The translations under genes were made by a program, and so were the position numbers. Source: the human T2T-CHM13v2.0 reference genome, Homo sapiens. From it: 64,000 bases of DNA. This document shows, in pieces, positions 14,301 to 31,642 of the stretch; position 1 is the first letter of the stretch, and each line of letters opens with the position of its first letter. Location: assembly GCF_009914755.1 (NCBI RefSeq), contig NC_060927.1; one strand, 5' to 3'. A model generated the notes under the pieces. It was not told the DNA's origin and made no database searches. It worked only from the letters and a program-made list of their open reading frames with translations.

Positions 14301-15111
14301 TATATTTTAGTCTTTGGTCAATATGAAGAAATACTCAATAGTAAATCATAGCAACATGATTTAACATGAGATATAATTTGAAGGGCTCTTTAAGGCTGCT
14401 AAGCAACCATGAATCATGGTTTGCATTTTTCTAGATGGATAATATGAAGCTATCTTATTTATCTTTCTAGAACTAGACACCTTAGGTCAGGCTAATCAAC
14501 CAGCTGGTATCATTTCTCAGTTATTGTATGACTACTATCTTTATTTCAAACCCTGAAGTCCTAAAATTAATGTCACCACAGCCATTGTAGTATGTGTTCA
14601 GCCGCCTGTGCCGGAATAGGGGCTTACTGTCTTTTGATGCCTTGGTTCTCAGAGTAGGCAATGGGTAATTGAATTAGCAAAGTAGACATTCAAAACATTC
14701 TCTGAGTTTTCAAACTCAAGGAGCGTGTGACTTCAGAGAAGCAGGCGATAAGTCAGGGGGTGGGTCATGTTTACCCGGTTGCCGTCAGCTGCGATTGGTG
14801 TAATATGATATGGAAAAGTGGCCCAGGGATGTAACTGAGAACATAAAGTCAATGAATAACACAGAAACGTGAGTTAACAGGAAACACATGTTATTCTAAA
14901 ATGAACCTAGGTCCCTTTTAACCCAAGCCAATTCAACAAACATAGCTTTTAGATCATACCTTTTAGGTTTTTTTTTTTTTACCCAAAAACCACACTGGGG
15001 ATGACTCCAGCCGTGGCTCATGGGGAACACTACTGTCATTCAGTTTGTTCCTCTGCTAATTTAATCTTCCATTTTCCTTTGATTGGTGATGCACGCATTC
15101 AAGGGGCATCA

Positions 15112-15564
<453 letters not shown>

Positions 15565-18301
15565 TTATTTCTTTAATTTTGAGCGACGTTAATCCACATG
15601 ATCTAAATCATACATTCTCACACATTCTCCTACTTCAAAGCTTTCCCTGGTTCCTATTACCTTCTGGGTAACTACCTCCACCCACGCCATGTGTAAGACT
15701 TGTCACATGCCCTCCTCTGTGTCCAGGCCCATCTCCCCTGCCTCAGTTCTGGCCACTGCTACCCAGCATTCATCCAGTGCTTGACCTGTGTTGAACTCCT
15801 TGGCTCTCTAGACTCCAGTCTCAAGTTTGCCCCTCTATGCTTTTGCACATGCTGTTCTCTTCCTGGAATTCCTTTCTCCCTCCTCCCTTTACTCCTGAGA
15901 AGTTTTCTTTATCCTTTGCGATCTACCTGCAATGCCACTTCCTCTGGGTCAGATATGAGAGGGGCTGACTTCCTGGTGGAGGGAGAAATTTGTAGACAAG
16001 ATTTATAATCTCATTAGGAGCTGTGCTCTGAGGGGCTGCGAATGGATAAACAGTGAGGTGGTGGTCAGGTGGTGTTTGGGCTTCAGTATGTGGAATAGCT
16101 ACTATGCAGCCTGGTGCAAGGAAGATGGAGTGGGACAGAGCATCCTGGTGGGGATTTTCGAGATGTGCTTCTCAGACATGACAGGTTACTTAACCTCTCT
16201 GGGCCTCAGTTTTCTCATCTGTAAAAAGGGGTGGAATTTAAGGAGAGCAGAAGTTAAAGCTTATCTGTCACATCCCTGATAAATGTCTCTGTGCTGCTGT
16301 TCTAGCTGGTTGAACCTCAAAAATGTCCCAGTTTAGACAATAAATTATATGGTCACCCTTCTGAGAGCAGTACCCTCCACACATGGGTGCCGTAAGGATT
16401 CAGCATATGCCGTTCTCTAACATACTAATAGCACCTAATATTGTATTATTTCCATTGATATCTGAACTCAGTATAGAGATGGGACCATAAGCGATTTCCC
16501 AGGATGATGTGCTTGGAGCATGACACTTAGAAAAAAGATCAGAGGACTTTTCTGCCTCTTCAGTGTTCAAACCCAGGCACAGGGACTGTGTTTGGCTGCT
16601 CTGTTTGGGGCCCTGTGGGAGGAAACCTGTGTCCTCTCTCTTGCTCTGAGTCAACAGACAACTCTTAGAAGTGCCTGATTGAGCCTACAACATGGAAATG
16701 CCATTTCCTCCAAGCCGTTTATCTGACCACCTCAGCCTGGAAAGTAACAGCTCTTGACTTCCCTTCTCCACCTGGGATCAGATGACGACAACATTTGAAA
16801 CAAAGGGTCTGCTCTCTTTCTCAGTATCACACCTATGGAATCAGCCCTGATTCACACTTCAAACCCACTACTTCATGAAGCAAGGTCTTGCCAGATCCCC
16901 TAGAGTGAACAGGGGATTCTTTATCCTCTCACAGGCCTGGCACCGTGGTAGCTTCTGACCATGACAGCTCCTTTCACTGAGGCTGACCCAGACTCTGCCA
17001 CCAAGTGATGGCCACTCCTTGGGCTCCCACAGCCAGGGTTCCTGACAGCTTCCCCAGTCACCACCATTTCATGGTTTCAGTTTGCACAATGTCCTCTTTG
17101 GGGTAAAGGGGAGGACAGATGCCAACAGAAAACCCTCAGTACCTGCCTTGGTAGAATACAGCCTTGTCACTGTGTCCTGCATCCTCCTGTCCTTGTTTGG
17201 GTGCCTGGTGAAGTCCTTTTGTTCAAATTCTAATAGCCATGGACCTCTGCCAGCTCCCAGAGGCCCTGAGAGATAAGCAGCCATGTCATGAGAAGCATTT
17301 GGACTCCGGTAGCCTGGGAAATAAATGAGGACTGACTGGGCAGAGAAGAGCAAGGGGGCGATGGCCACAGAGTCCTTAGCCAGCCAAGGAAATGACATTG
17401 TTGGTCATTGGCCGGGGATGCTTGGGTTGTCTGCAACACATGAAAAAAGCATCACGTCCCCTTGACTTTGAGCAAAGAGTGCGGTTAAAACCAAGTTGTG
17501 GGAGGATGGATAGTCAGTAATTGTTTATCTGTGTGATGAGATAAGGTAGTCCCCTGCTGTAATGAAAATGCACAGACAGTTCATGAAGTGAGGAATTAGC
17601 AACTAAGGACAACCTGAGTGACTACATGGGCCAACATCCTCATGTGTAGATGAGGAAACTGAGGCCCTGGAGACCCAAACTGGCACGGCTGTTAGCAGGC
17701 AGAGCTAGGGCTGAAGCCAGGACTATTGAGTATTCATCAAGAGCGTCTGTACCACAGAACTTCACTGGGGCCCGGACATGACCTTGGACAAGTCGCTGAA
17801 CTCGGGGACCTCTGTTTCCTTATCTGTCAGCTGAGGCCACAAGGACTGCATGATCTCGCAGCTGCCTTCCAGAAACAACATTCCAGAATGCTCTGTTCCC
17901 CCCTTCCAGCCCAAGAGACTGTGCAGAATAGGCCTCTTCTCAGTCAGCAGGCACTTTTGTCTCCCATGGTCTAGGCAGGAGTCATTTTTTTTTGCTACAG
18001 TGGTGGAAATGGGTCAGGCTGGAGAATGCTGAGGTTTCCAGGCTAGTGGTTTCTTCCTCTGACCACAGTAAGAGGAAAGGAAGCTTTCCCTCCACCTCTA
18101 CTCCTCTGTGACTCCTGCCCCAGCCCCATCCTCAGCTTCCACCTAAGAGGTAGTGCAGGAAAGTGGTGATAAGCAGATGTCTGCAGCTGTGTGACGTGTG
18201 TCCCAGCCCAGTTCTGTGGCCTGCTACCTGGGGAGCCTCTGGTTGTCATTGGGCCTCCTGTTGCCTCTCAGCTTGCCTCCCTCTGTAAAATGGGGACAGT
18301 A

Positions 18302-18600
18302 GGCCAGGGGCTGTGGCTCACACCTGTAATCTCAACACTTTGGGAGGCCAAGGCAGGTGGATCTCCTGAGGTCAGGAGTTCAAGACCAGCCTGACCAATA
18401 TGGTGAAACCCCATCTCTACTAAAAATCCAAAAAGCTTAGCCAGGCATGGTGGCGTGTGCCTGTAATTCCAGCTACTGGGGAGGCTGAGGCAGGAGAATT
18501 ACTTGAACCCAGGAGGCAGAGGTTTCAGTGAGCCAAGATCGCACCACTGCACTACAGCCTGGGTAACAGAGCAAGACTCCATCTCAAAAAAAAAACAAAA
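18302..18600 (+). mobile_element. AluS inserted in a MIR
   Basis: TSD aaaat(gt)ggggacagta duplicates the MIR core. Confidence 0.9.
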
Positions 18601-19789
18601 ATGTGGGGACAGTAATAGCACCTGCTTCAGGGAACTGCTGTGAGGACTGAATGTTAATGTGTGGAAAGCACCGAGAGCCTGGCGTGCAGTAAGGGCCATG
18701 CAAGTGTTAGGTGCCGTTGTCATGGCTGTCACATTGGTACCTGTTCAACACACTTAGAGGACCGCCTCCCTCCACCTTGATGACCCTTGGTAGGTACTGA
18801 GTTCCTGAGTTTTAGCTGAGGACTGAAGGTGTGACTGCAATAGGATTAGCTGGTCTGAATCAGACTTATGTAGCACCAGGCAACCTTCAATCTCCTTTTG
18901 AAAGGGGACCACCCTGAACCTTTCAGAAAAACGTTGCTTTCCCCGATTGAAGTGATTCCCATGTAACCACAGTCGGGAGCACAACTGGCCAAGATTTTCA
19001 TTCACCGCAGACTCAGTCCTCATTTCCCCTTTCCAGATCCCACCAGGGGCAGATGAGGTGTCACATTGCATCACATCACGCCATCGCCATTACCCTGTTC
19101 ACAGGCCACCCCAGAAACTCCCGGCGGGAGACAGAAACTAACTTCTGAGCTGTGACTCTGCCCCTTGGGGTTGACACTGAGGCTTAGGCTGTTTCTCACT
19201 CGCTTGCCCTGCCTTTCCCAGCTCCCTGCCCCTCTCCGCTGGCGTCTTGTGGCCAGATGACAGTGCTAGCTCTTCACACCTGAAGCACATTAGCAACACT
19301 GGCTGGGCTGGAGCTCTGCTCCCAAGCTTCCTCTCCCTGCCTAGAAACCTGAAGCACCGATGTGCAGAGCAAGGAGGAACTCTGCTCCCACGCCTGATTT
19401 TAATGAGGGATGGATGCATCCTGCAGGGCTCAGAGGTTCTGTTTCTCTAAACCCAGACCAAATGTGTTTGGGTGGCCAGGCCTCGTAATCTCAGCAGAGG
19501 AATGTGCATGCCACAGGGCTGCAGAAAACAGTTTCCAGCGGTCTGTCAGCAGATGTCCACTCCAGAAGACAGACAGGGAATTTGGAGACCTACAGGCTTT
19601 GGAGTGAAAAAGTGATGGATATTAAGAGCACAACTACACACATTCGGATTCTCAAACGCCCAATAAACATAAATATTTTCCATCCACAATGTACTATATA
19701 TGCCTAAATATAGGGCAAGCCCCAAATAGCACATCCTCCATTTCCCTAATTAGATAAATTTAACTCTCTTTTTTTTTTTTGCCAACTTA

Positions 19790-19995
19790 ATAGGAATCAG
19801 AACTATGATTGCCTTTGAGGTGGGGGGAGTGGGCAGTGGGAATTGACTGGCAAGGGACTGGTGGGAACTTTCTGGAGTGAGAGACAAGTTCTGTACTTTC
19901 ATGGGGGTGGTAGTTACTGGGTGACATAATTCATCAAACTGCACCCTTTAGATCTGTGGATTTTAATGCCTGTAAATTTACCTCAATAAAAAGAA
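19790..19995 (+). mobile_element. Old L1M 3'-end fragment
   Basis: 'gggaactttctgg...tgtaaatttacctcaataaaa'. Confidence 0.65.
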
Positions 19996-20591
19996 GTTTG
20001 GAGAAATGAAGAAATAATCAACTATCTGTGTATAATGTTTAACTTAATCATGTGGTTGAATGCTTAAAATTTTATAAGAATGATATATTAATCTATAATA
20101 CTCTTCATTCTTATGTTTCACACAATAATTTTATCCAAGTGTGCATCTTCTGAGATTGATGGGTTTCATTTCTAAGCCACATTTTTAGTCAGCAGTTTAC
20201 CAGAATATATCATCTACAATTTGCCTAATTTATTTGAAATGCAGAACTTCTTGAATCCATGTTGGTGCTGAAATTTGATTGGCACACACCAACGCCCACT
20301 TGCGTAGCACTGCAGCAGTTGTTTTCCTCATTTGTCTTGCAAGTGAATATTCATGCTGCTCCCCACATCAACAGCTTACGTATTGCTTTCTAAAATGGGC
20401 TTTCAAATATTTATTGCAACTTTCAACAATTGAACCCAAGGAATAATTACCAAATCTTCATTAAAGCTCATTGCCTCCTTCCCATTGTTTCCCTCTCGTG
20501 ACCTCTAAAATCGTCCAAACCTGATGTTGATTGAGATCATTTCAGGCTAGTGTGTTTTCCCCAAATGTTGTCGTTCAAATAAAGTAATTGA

Positions 20592-20925
20592 GGCTGGGTG
20601 CAGTGGCTCATGCCTATAATCCCAGTGCTTTGGAAGGCCAAGACAGGCAGATTGCTTGAGCTAAGGAGTTCGAGACCAGCCTGGGTAATGTGGCAAAACT
20701 CTATCTCTACCAAAAAAAAAAAAAAGAAACCAGCAAAAAACAAAACAAAACAAAAACTAGCCATGTGTGGTGGCATGTGCCTATAGTCCCAGCTACTCAG
20801 GAGGCTGAGGAAGGAGGATCACCTGAGCCCAGGAGGTTGAAGCTGCAGTGAGCTGGACTACTGTACTTCAGCCTGGGAGACAGAGACCCTGTCTCCAAAA
20901 AAAAAACAAAAAACAAAAAACAAAA
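20592..20925 (+). mobile_element. AluJ with expanded middle A-rich linker
   Basis: Dimeric Alu. Confidence 0.9.
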
Positions 20926-21204
20926 TTTCCAAATTATTAGACACTTAAATTTTAAAGGACAGTAAGTCCCAAACTGTGAGAAACTTTTATAGGCAACATC
21001 CTCTTTTCTAATAGTTTAACTTGAGGATATAAACCTTCACCTTATTTATTTTCAGACATATATAGTAAATCCTGGAATGTATTCAGATCAAAGATAAAAT
21101 AGAGATAAATTTAGCAAATTTTGGTGGTCTTGTTTTATAATTCACTATTAATAGATTAGCATTGTTAGCTTTAGTTTATTTGTGTAGCAAAAACTGACCA
21201 ATAG

Positions 21205-22528
<1,324 letters not shown>

Positions 22529-23569
22529 CCAACAGCAAAAAAAGTTTTTGTTCCCTACCATGAATAAAAAGTTGAAACATTCTTGAACAACTATATTTTA
22601 CTCAAGGGCATTATAGACAGGGCAATTTAACAGATGCCTGTGGTTAGCCATGGGATTGTAAGCACAATTCTAAATTATGAATTACTAATTATTAATTTTC
22701 TGGTTTAACCTCACATCCTGTCCAGCCTTCAGCTACAACCAGTGTGATATGGTGATATATAAAGAAGACTTCATTTTTCTAACAGTTCCTCAATTTAAAC
22801 ATCAGAAAGAGTGCTGTTCTTAAGGAAATCATCAAGAAAGACTAAGCACCATTGTTTTGTTTCTGATGTTGCTGTCACTCAGCACCGTTGCCATTGCTGT
22901 CAGAAGCAAAATCAAATCACTCACCAAGAGCTCGGCAAGCATGCAGGTCCCCGTCTGGCTCAGGGCAGAGACTGGTCAGTTATTTTTTTGGTAGCAAAAC
23001 TCTGGCTTTAGAGTTGGACCATGAGCAGTCCTGCTTGCTGCTCATTCCCTTTCTCTAGAAGGACCCCTATGGAGTTTTACAGCACCGTGGGGGCTTTCTA
23101 GAATGGTTGAAAACCTCTGGCAGCAGATCATCCATCAGGCTTGGTCCCAAGTTCCAGACCTGGGTTCTTGACTCCATGACTGTTGGCCAGTGACCTAAGT
23201 TCAGTCTCATTTTCCTCATTCAGACAAGAATTGCTTGTAAGGATGTTCTTAAGTGTGCTTTCAAAACCATGGAGTATAAGGCTTATTTTACTCCTTAAGT
23301 CTTCCTATTTCCTAGTCACATCTCATTTGCATGTTATATGCCATCTCATCAATTATTGGGGGACCTAAGATCCACATTTTCTATTATTTGGCCCTGTTGA
23401 TGCTACAACTTCTGCCTTTCAGCTTTTCAGCCATTGTTCTCCACTTCAAAATGGACAAGGAGGAAAGGTGAATTGGGGTTCTACCACTCCTGCCTCTACA
23501 ATAAGAGGCTCCAGCATCATGATTCATTCTTGAGAATGACTCCTCTGACAGGCCTCTTTTCATTTGCAG

Positions 23570-23695
23570 GTGGGCCAAGAGAAGGGAAACTGCTCTTTCC
23601 AGAAAAACCCAACTCCCTGCATCATCCCTCAAGAACAAGAAAATATCTTCCACACAATATTTGCTTTTTTCACAAAGTCTGGAAGAAAAGTCTTG
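23570..23695 (+). CDS. ITGA9: Integrin alpha-9 coding exon (probably exon 24; calf-2 domain), VGQEKGNCSFQKNPTPCIIPQEQENIFHTIFAFFTKSGRKVL
   Basis: Acceptor ctcttttcatttgcAG|GTG and donor TTG|GTaag. 126 nt, phase 0/0. Translation matches ITGA9 as I recall it and joins in frame to the next exon. Confidence 0.97.
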
Positions 23696-23979
23696 GTAAG
23701 GATTTGTTTAGTGGTTGGGGTAACACGGGTGGTCCTCACTCGGAAGACACCAGTTTTCTATTTGATATTTATTATTTCCTAAATCTGGTTTTAATCAATT
23801 TGACTTACAAAGGCACAGACTGTGGTCAACTCCTAATTTTCAGTCTGAGGTTTCAATCAAAATGTTAAATTTACATTCCAAATCCTATTACCTGGAAAAG
23901 GGATAAATCTTTGCAACCCACCAAGCACAAAGTAAAATGTTTCTTCCACTAGAATGAGTCTAAACAAGAGTGATTATTC

Positions 23980-24870
<891 letters not shown>

Positions 24871-25164
24871 AAAAAGTGCAGGTATTGAAGATGGAATGAC
24901 AATGCTTTTCCAAAGCCTCCTTTTTTTATCTTTGGTTACATTTCTCTAAGCTCCTTATTTCAGCCCTGGCACATCTCACCTTTATCATTTCCTTTCTCAT
25001 TCTTTTCTCCTGTTGGAGAAGGGTGACTGTTTGCCACTTGAAAGGTTGGGTTTTTTTTTTTTTTTTTTTTACTTACATAGTGAGGGTGATATTGTTGAAA
25101 GCCCTTAGACTTGTTAGATGTAGTGATACCTAGTGATTTTATAGTTACGACTCTGTCTGGCTGA

Positions 25165-25597
<433 letters not shown>

Positions 25598-25913
25598 TAA
25601 CTTTTGTGTTTTCTTGAGGAAGTGTCACATGACTTCTTAGCCCTCTTATTTACCTACCTAATAAATAGGCATGAAAGTATATTTGCCACTACACAGGTGG
25701 AAGTCACATAATGTAGGAAACGTGTCTGTGTTCAAAACTCATAAGAATGCTTTCAGAATGCAAAATTTAAGTTTGTGGGTTTAAAAAAAAAAACAATTAT
25801 TTCTCTTTGTGAATTCATCCAATTCTTGGTAGGATAAATTAGTGAGCTGTTTTCTCCCAGTTGCTTGACTTAAAGGCATGCTCTGGTTCCCACTGGGTGG
25901 GAAATCCCTTGAA

Positions 25914-25927
25914 TGCCCTCTGGTGGC
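25914..25927 (-). promoter_or_regulatory. CTCF consensus motif GCCACCAGAGGGCA
   Basis: Exact fit to CCASYAGRKGGCR, ~150 bp upstream of exon 26076. Confidence 0.65.
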
Positions 25928-26075
25928 GAGAAAGAACGATTGCATCTTCTTGTGGATTTCCTCTGCCTGGAATTGCCTTAGTCACCAAGTTCATGGAGCC
26001 CACTACTCTGTAAATTGTTGTGGATTTGTCTTTGTTCTTAATTCCATTGGAAATTTTTCTGACTTTTCTTCTCAG

Positions 26076-26195
26076 GACTGTGAAAAACCAGGAATTTCTT
26101 GCCTAACAGCACACTGTAACTTTAGTGCTCTTGCTAAAGAAGAAAGTCGTACTATAGACATTTACATGCTGCTGAACACAGAAATACTGAAAAAG
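26076..26195 (+). CDS. ITGA9: Integrin alpha-9 coding exon (probably exon 25), DCEKPGISCLTAHCNFSALAKEESRTIDIYMLLNTEILKK
   Basis: Acceptor gacttttcttctcAG|GAC and donor AAG|GTaagc. 120 nt, phase 0/0. Shows the integrin-alpha calf-2 'LDC...C...C' pattern. Confidence 0.97.
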
Positions 26196-26349
26196 GTAAG
26201 CCCTAATGAACCGCACTTGTGGATGCATTTAGAAGCATTTGAATTGTTGACATCTGATTTTGGGTAAAAAAAAGGAAAAAGGAAAGCATTTGAATTGGTG
26301 TCCTCATGACAATCTGGCTGCCCCCCCTTTTGGCTGTCTACAAGAGACT

Positions 26350-27045
26350 GTTTTTATTTTTATGTATTTAGGGGGTACAAGTGCAGACTTCTTATATGAA
26401 TATATTGTATCGTGATGAAATCTGGGCTTTTAGTGTACCCAATAGTGAACATGGTACCCAATAGGTAACTTTTCAACCCTCACCCCCCTCCCACATTTTG
26501 GAGTCTCCAATGTCTGTTAATTCCACTCTTTATGCCTATGGGTACCCATTACTTAGCTCCCACTTATAAGTGAGAACATGCAGTAGTTGACTACTTATGA
26601 GTTATTTCACTTAGGGAAATGGACTTCATTTCCATCCATGTTGCTGCAAAAGACATAATTTAATTCTTTTTTATGGCTGAGTAATATTCCATGGTGTGTG
26701 TGTGTGTGTATATATATATATACCACATTTTCTATAACCAGTCATCCATTCATGGACACTTAAGTTGATTCCCTATCTTTGCTGTTGTGAATAGTGCTGC
26801 AATAAACTTACCAGTGCAGGTATATTTTTTATACAATACTTCTTTCCCTTTGGGTATATACCCATTAGTGTGATTGCTGGATGGAATGGCAGTTCTATTT
26901 TTAGTTCTTTGAGAAATCTCGATACTGCTTTTTTGATTGTACTAATTTATCTTCCCATCAACAGTGTATAAGTGTTCCCTTTTCTTTGCATCCTCACCAA
27001 CATCTGTTGTTGTAGTTGTTGTTGTTGAACTGTTTAGTAATAGTC
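26350..27045 (-). mobile_element. L1 (L1PB/L1MA-type) 3' end, antisense, containing (TG)n(TA)n
   Basis: 'cccacttataagtgagaacatgcag', 'catcctcaccaacatctgtt'. Confidence 0.88.
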
Positions 27046-27119
27046 TGGCTGCCCCTTTTGAAACTTTTCCAGCAAGTGCCATTGGTAATTTTGCTGGTAG
27101 ATAATGCCAGGGTAAAATA

Positions 27120-27410
27120 CCAGACCCTTGCTACTCAAAGTGTGGTCCGAGGACCAGCAGCATCAGCATCACCTGAGAGTTTCTTAGAAATGCAGAATCC
27201 TGGGCTCCACCCCAGACTTAATAAATCGGCATCTTCATTTTTAACACATTCCCCAGGGATTTTGTTTGGCCATTTAAGTTTCTCATGCTTTAGCTTGCAT
27301 CAGAATCACCTGGAGATCTTGTTCAAACACAGATTCCTTTGGGGTGCAGTCTGAGGCTCTCCAGTTGCCACAAGCACCCAGGTGATGCCAGTCCTGCAGT
27401 CTAGGGACCT
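27120..27410. mobile_element. MER5 (hAT-Charlie) relics
   Basis: 'ctactcaaagtgtggtcc..accagcagcatcagcatcacctg..agaaatgcagaatc'. Confidence 0.75.
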
Positions 27411-27421
27411 CGCTTTGGATG

Positions 27422-27625
27422 AAGGTTGGCTAACCTTTTCTGTAAAGGGCCAGTGGTAAATATTTCAGGCTTTGCAGGCCCTACAGTCTCTTGCAACTGT
27501 TCAACTCTGCCATTGTATTGTGAAAGCAGCCATAGACAACACTCAAATAAATGGGCATGGCTGTGATCCAGTAAAACTTTATAAAAACAGGCAGAGGGCC
27601 AGATTTGACCCATGAGTCCTAGTTT
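27422..27625 (+). mobile_element. MER58A (hAT-Charlie)
   Basis: 'ttttctgtaaagggccag..gtaaatatttcaggctttgcaggcc..aaagcagccatagacaa'. Confidence 0.85.
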
Positions 27626-29030
27626 AAATGACGGTTTGTTTTGGTCCAACTTTTGAACCTCAGGTCACTTTGCTATTATGAGTTTATCACAGGTGGTTCA
27701 TTAAAAAACCACCTCAACCAGTGCATCGGTGGCTCTTGAAGAATCATACAAATTTCCTATGATTTATTTTAAGGTGAGAGCTGCTGAGAGGCCACTTCCA
27801 ACAAGTTGCTGTAAAAATAATTACATGTGAAGATAAAACTAAATATGCATGTTAGCCTCAGAGATTCCAATTATTTTTCTTTAGAAAGACTAAATGTGTT
27901 AATCTGTACAAACCTATCCACGTGTGAATGAATAACCTTAGAAAAGTCATTCTGTGGTTATTTTTAAATAGGCACAGAGGTAACACACTGACCTGAGAGG
28001 ATGCAGGCATCAGGGGATGTTTTTCCATTTTCAATCTGTAGCCGTTACAGCCCTCACACACCTGAAGAGAGCTGTGCATAGTTCTGGTTTCTCTGGTTTG
28101 CTCTGGAGGGAAACTGGTTTGGGGCAAGTTGGACTCACACTGCAGTGCTTTCTTCTCCCTTTGTACCTCTCCCTTTATAAAGGACAGTGTTGGAGGAGGA
28201 CCAGGCCTGACTTAGAGCACCACTGGCCATCCTCTGATTCCATAAGGGAGGCTGGAAAACCCCACGTCTGGAGAAGTACCTTCCTGAAATGTGTCCGCAG
28301 GCCAGGCTGGAGGACTATGCCTCTGCATATGTACCTGTCCTGTTTGTATTCTTCAAAAATGGTGCTGCAGACAGTTTTATTGCCTGTGCCATACTTGCCA
28401 CTGTCCATAGAGCCCTGGTGACAGCACTGGTGGCTGTAAGCCACTCTGATGTTTCCTTTATCCTCAACCCAGATGGCTGCTGCTTGCACTTCAGTTATTT
28501 GCACTTAATCATGCACAGCTCTGCAGCCTGGTTCTTCTGCTTTTCTATCCCGGCAGCCAGTGGTGACCCTTTGCCAAGGAACATGTCCCAGTGACTACTG
28601 TCCCCATGGGCCAGCCAGGCCAGTAGAGCCGCAGGCAAGAGAGCTGAAAGCTGTAGGGTGTCATATGAAGCCTTCAAGGCTCATTCTCCATGTGCCCTTT
28701 CAGCAGAAACCAGGAGCACTTCCAGGTGCAGAGAAAAGCTTAGAACAAAGTTGACCTGGAAGCCAGATGGGGCCCCAGCTGCTCCCAGAGCTTCAGTTGC
28801 CCTGAAGCCAGCTACAGCCTCCCTTGGGGAGTGGAGCCCACATGGCTCCAGGCCTCCCGAAGGATGTGGAGCAGCGCCAGCCTTGTGGTTTGCCTGGGCC
28901 TGCAGTCGTGTTTATTTTCCTTTTGACCTCAAGATCTGGCCCCAGACAAGGGAATTTGAGGTTTTACTGTTTTGACCTTAACAAGTTTTCATTTGAAATG
29001 TAGGATCTGATTTTTAAAATCACTGTAGGA

Positions 29031-29833
<803 letters not shown>

Positions 29834-31148
29834 TGAAAATACAGCATATCCTGATACATAAAACCCCAACTTTATAAAACTGTTAAATTGGTAAAAGATT
29901 ATTTGTTGCTTAAAATTATTTCTTGCTTAAAGTGAGTTAACTGGAGTAACTCTTTTGAATGACAAGCTTCCCAAAAGCATTTAAAATGTGTCTTATGGTT
30001 GTTTTAAGAAAAGAATGATAATTGGTGCATAACTCCCAAGTCACATATACAGACCAGGGTCCCTGTGTGCCCCAGGAAGGTCTTTGTGGTTTCTTTGGCA
30101 GAGATGAGCAAAGGGTACCCTTGGAACTGTTTTCTGTGGAGTCCTCTACCTTCCTGTTTCTTTGAGGGTTTAACCAAAGGTGGCATTTAAGTGTAAGCTC
30201 CTTGCATGACAGGCAAGCTGGGTAGATGTAGGTGGGGACACCACAGGACACCTTGCCTGTGGAGCCCCTCCTGCCCCACAGGTAGAATGTTGAATGCACT
30301 AGTTCTCTGCTATCTGTTTCCACGACAGAAGCCAGGCTGCCCTTCTGCTCCACAATCAACCTGTACCACTGGCTTGAGGTTCTGGCTTCTCCCCAGACCA
30401 CAGTTTTTCCAGTCCCTGTCTTCTTCCAAATTCTTTCTCCATCCCTGTTTTGGCGCCATTTTCTGGTTATCTGGATCAGTGTCTTTGAATCTGAGCCCAC
30501 AGGAAGACCTCTGCCTGCCTCTGGCTGGGGGGTGATTCCAGAGTCTTAGCTGTGCTCCCTTATACCCCTGCCCCTTTCTCCTTAATTCATAAGCCAGATA
30601 TTTACCCCTTCCCCATCTCTCCATCAGGCATCCTCTTTCAATGTTTAATGGTTTTGATTCCAAAATGACTTCATTTAAGAGCAAAGAAAGAGTTAAAAGC
30701 AACTCATATGAAGGGTTTGAGGGTTGTGGTCAAGGCAGGAAGATGCCTATAAAATGTAGATCAGATGCCTTCTGTGGAATGCCAGGCCTAGATTTGCTCT
30801 ACACAATTAAACAGCTTTATTTATCCTCAACTCTTTGTGAACATGTCAATATCAATATCCAAATATCTGGCTCTAACTGCTTGGAAACCACAGCACACAT
30901 CTTGCGTGTGTTGATTACTGGCAAACTCCATCATTTCCCACCATCCACCATGATCTGCAAAGAATCCTTAAGAGAGACCCTAGTCTGTGTTTATGTGGGT
31001 GCCTGGGATGGAGAGGTATCTAGTTCAATGATAAAATTTTTGTCTGGGCTACATGGAATCATGGAATTTCAGTTCTGCCCAGTCCCTCTCAAGGCCCAGC
31101 CATTATCATAGAAAAATCTTCAAGTAAGTTGTGTTGTTTCTTCCACAG

Positions 31149-31250
31149 GACAGTTCGTCTGTCATCCAGTTCATGTCCCGCGCCAAGGTGAAGGTGGATC
31201 CTGCCCTAAGGGTGGTGGAAATAGCTCATGGGAACCCAGAAGAGGTGACG
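31149..31250 (+). CDS. ITGA9: Integrin alpha-9 coding exon (probably exon 26), DSSSVIQFMSRAKVKVDPALRVVEIAHGNPEEVT
   Basis: Acceptor gttgtttcttccacAG|GAC and donor ACG|GTgagt. 102 nt, phase 0/0. Too short for the ORF track; read directly from the sequence. Confidence 0.96.
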
Positions 31251-31642
31251 GTGAGTCAGCCACCCCAGGACAGCCCTCCTCAGAGGGCAAGGGAAGCTGG
31301 GTGACTTGGAGACCTGGAGCTGGAATTTGAGGGTCAAGACAGTCTCTGAGCCAAGATGTTGGGTTTGTGGCAGACCCAAGACTATGCCTGCCTTGGCTTC
31401 CAGGCCCCCCCTGGAGAACTTCTGTGGTTCGTTCTTGTGATAGCATTGTCCTTTAGGATGCCATCATTATGTGAATGTTTCCTGCTATGATTGTCCAAAG
31501 GGAAAATGGTCTGGAAGTACACCCATGTCAACAGAGTTGGATTTCCACTGTGGAGCCAGGACTATTTATATCTTTCTTAGACCTTTCCTAAGACAGACCA
31601 CATCTGCCTTACCCGTCACATTACTCCATGGGTAAATACTGT

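Noticed and set aside
19039-19052. CTCF-like CCACCAGGGGCAG
   Set aside because: One base short in the G-run, so the spacing does not fit the core motif.
29937-31111. Cluster of 109-187 aa ORFs
   Set aside because: No homology recognised and no consistent splice or start context; intronic sequence.
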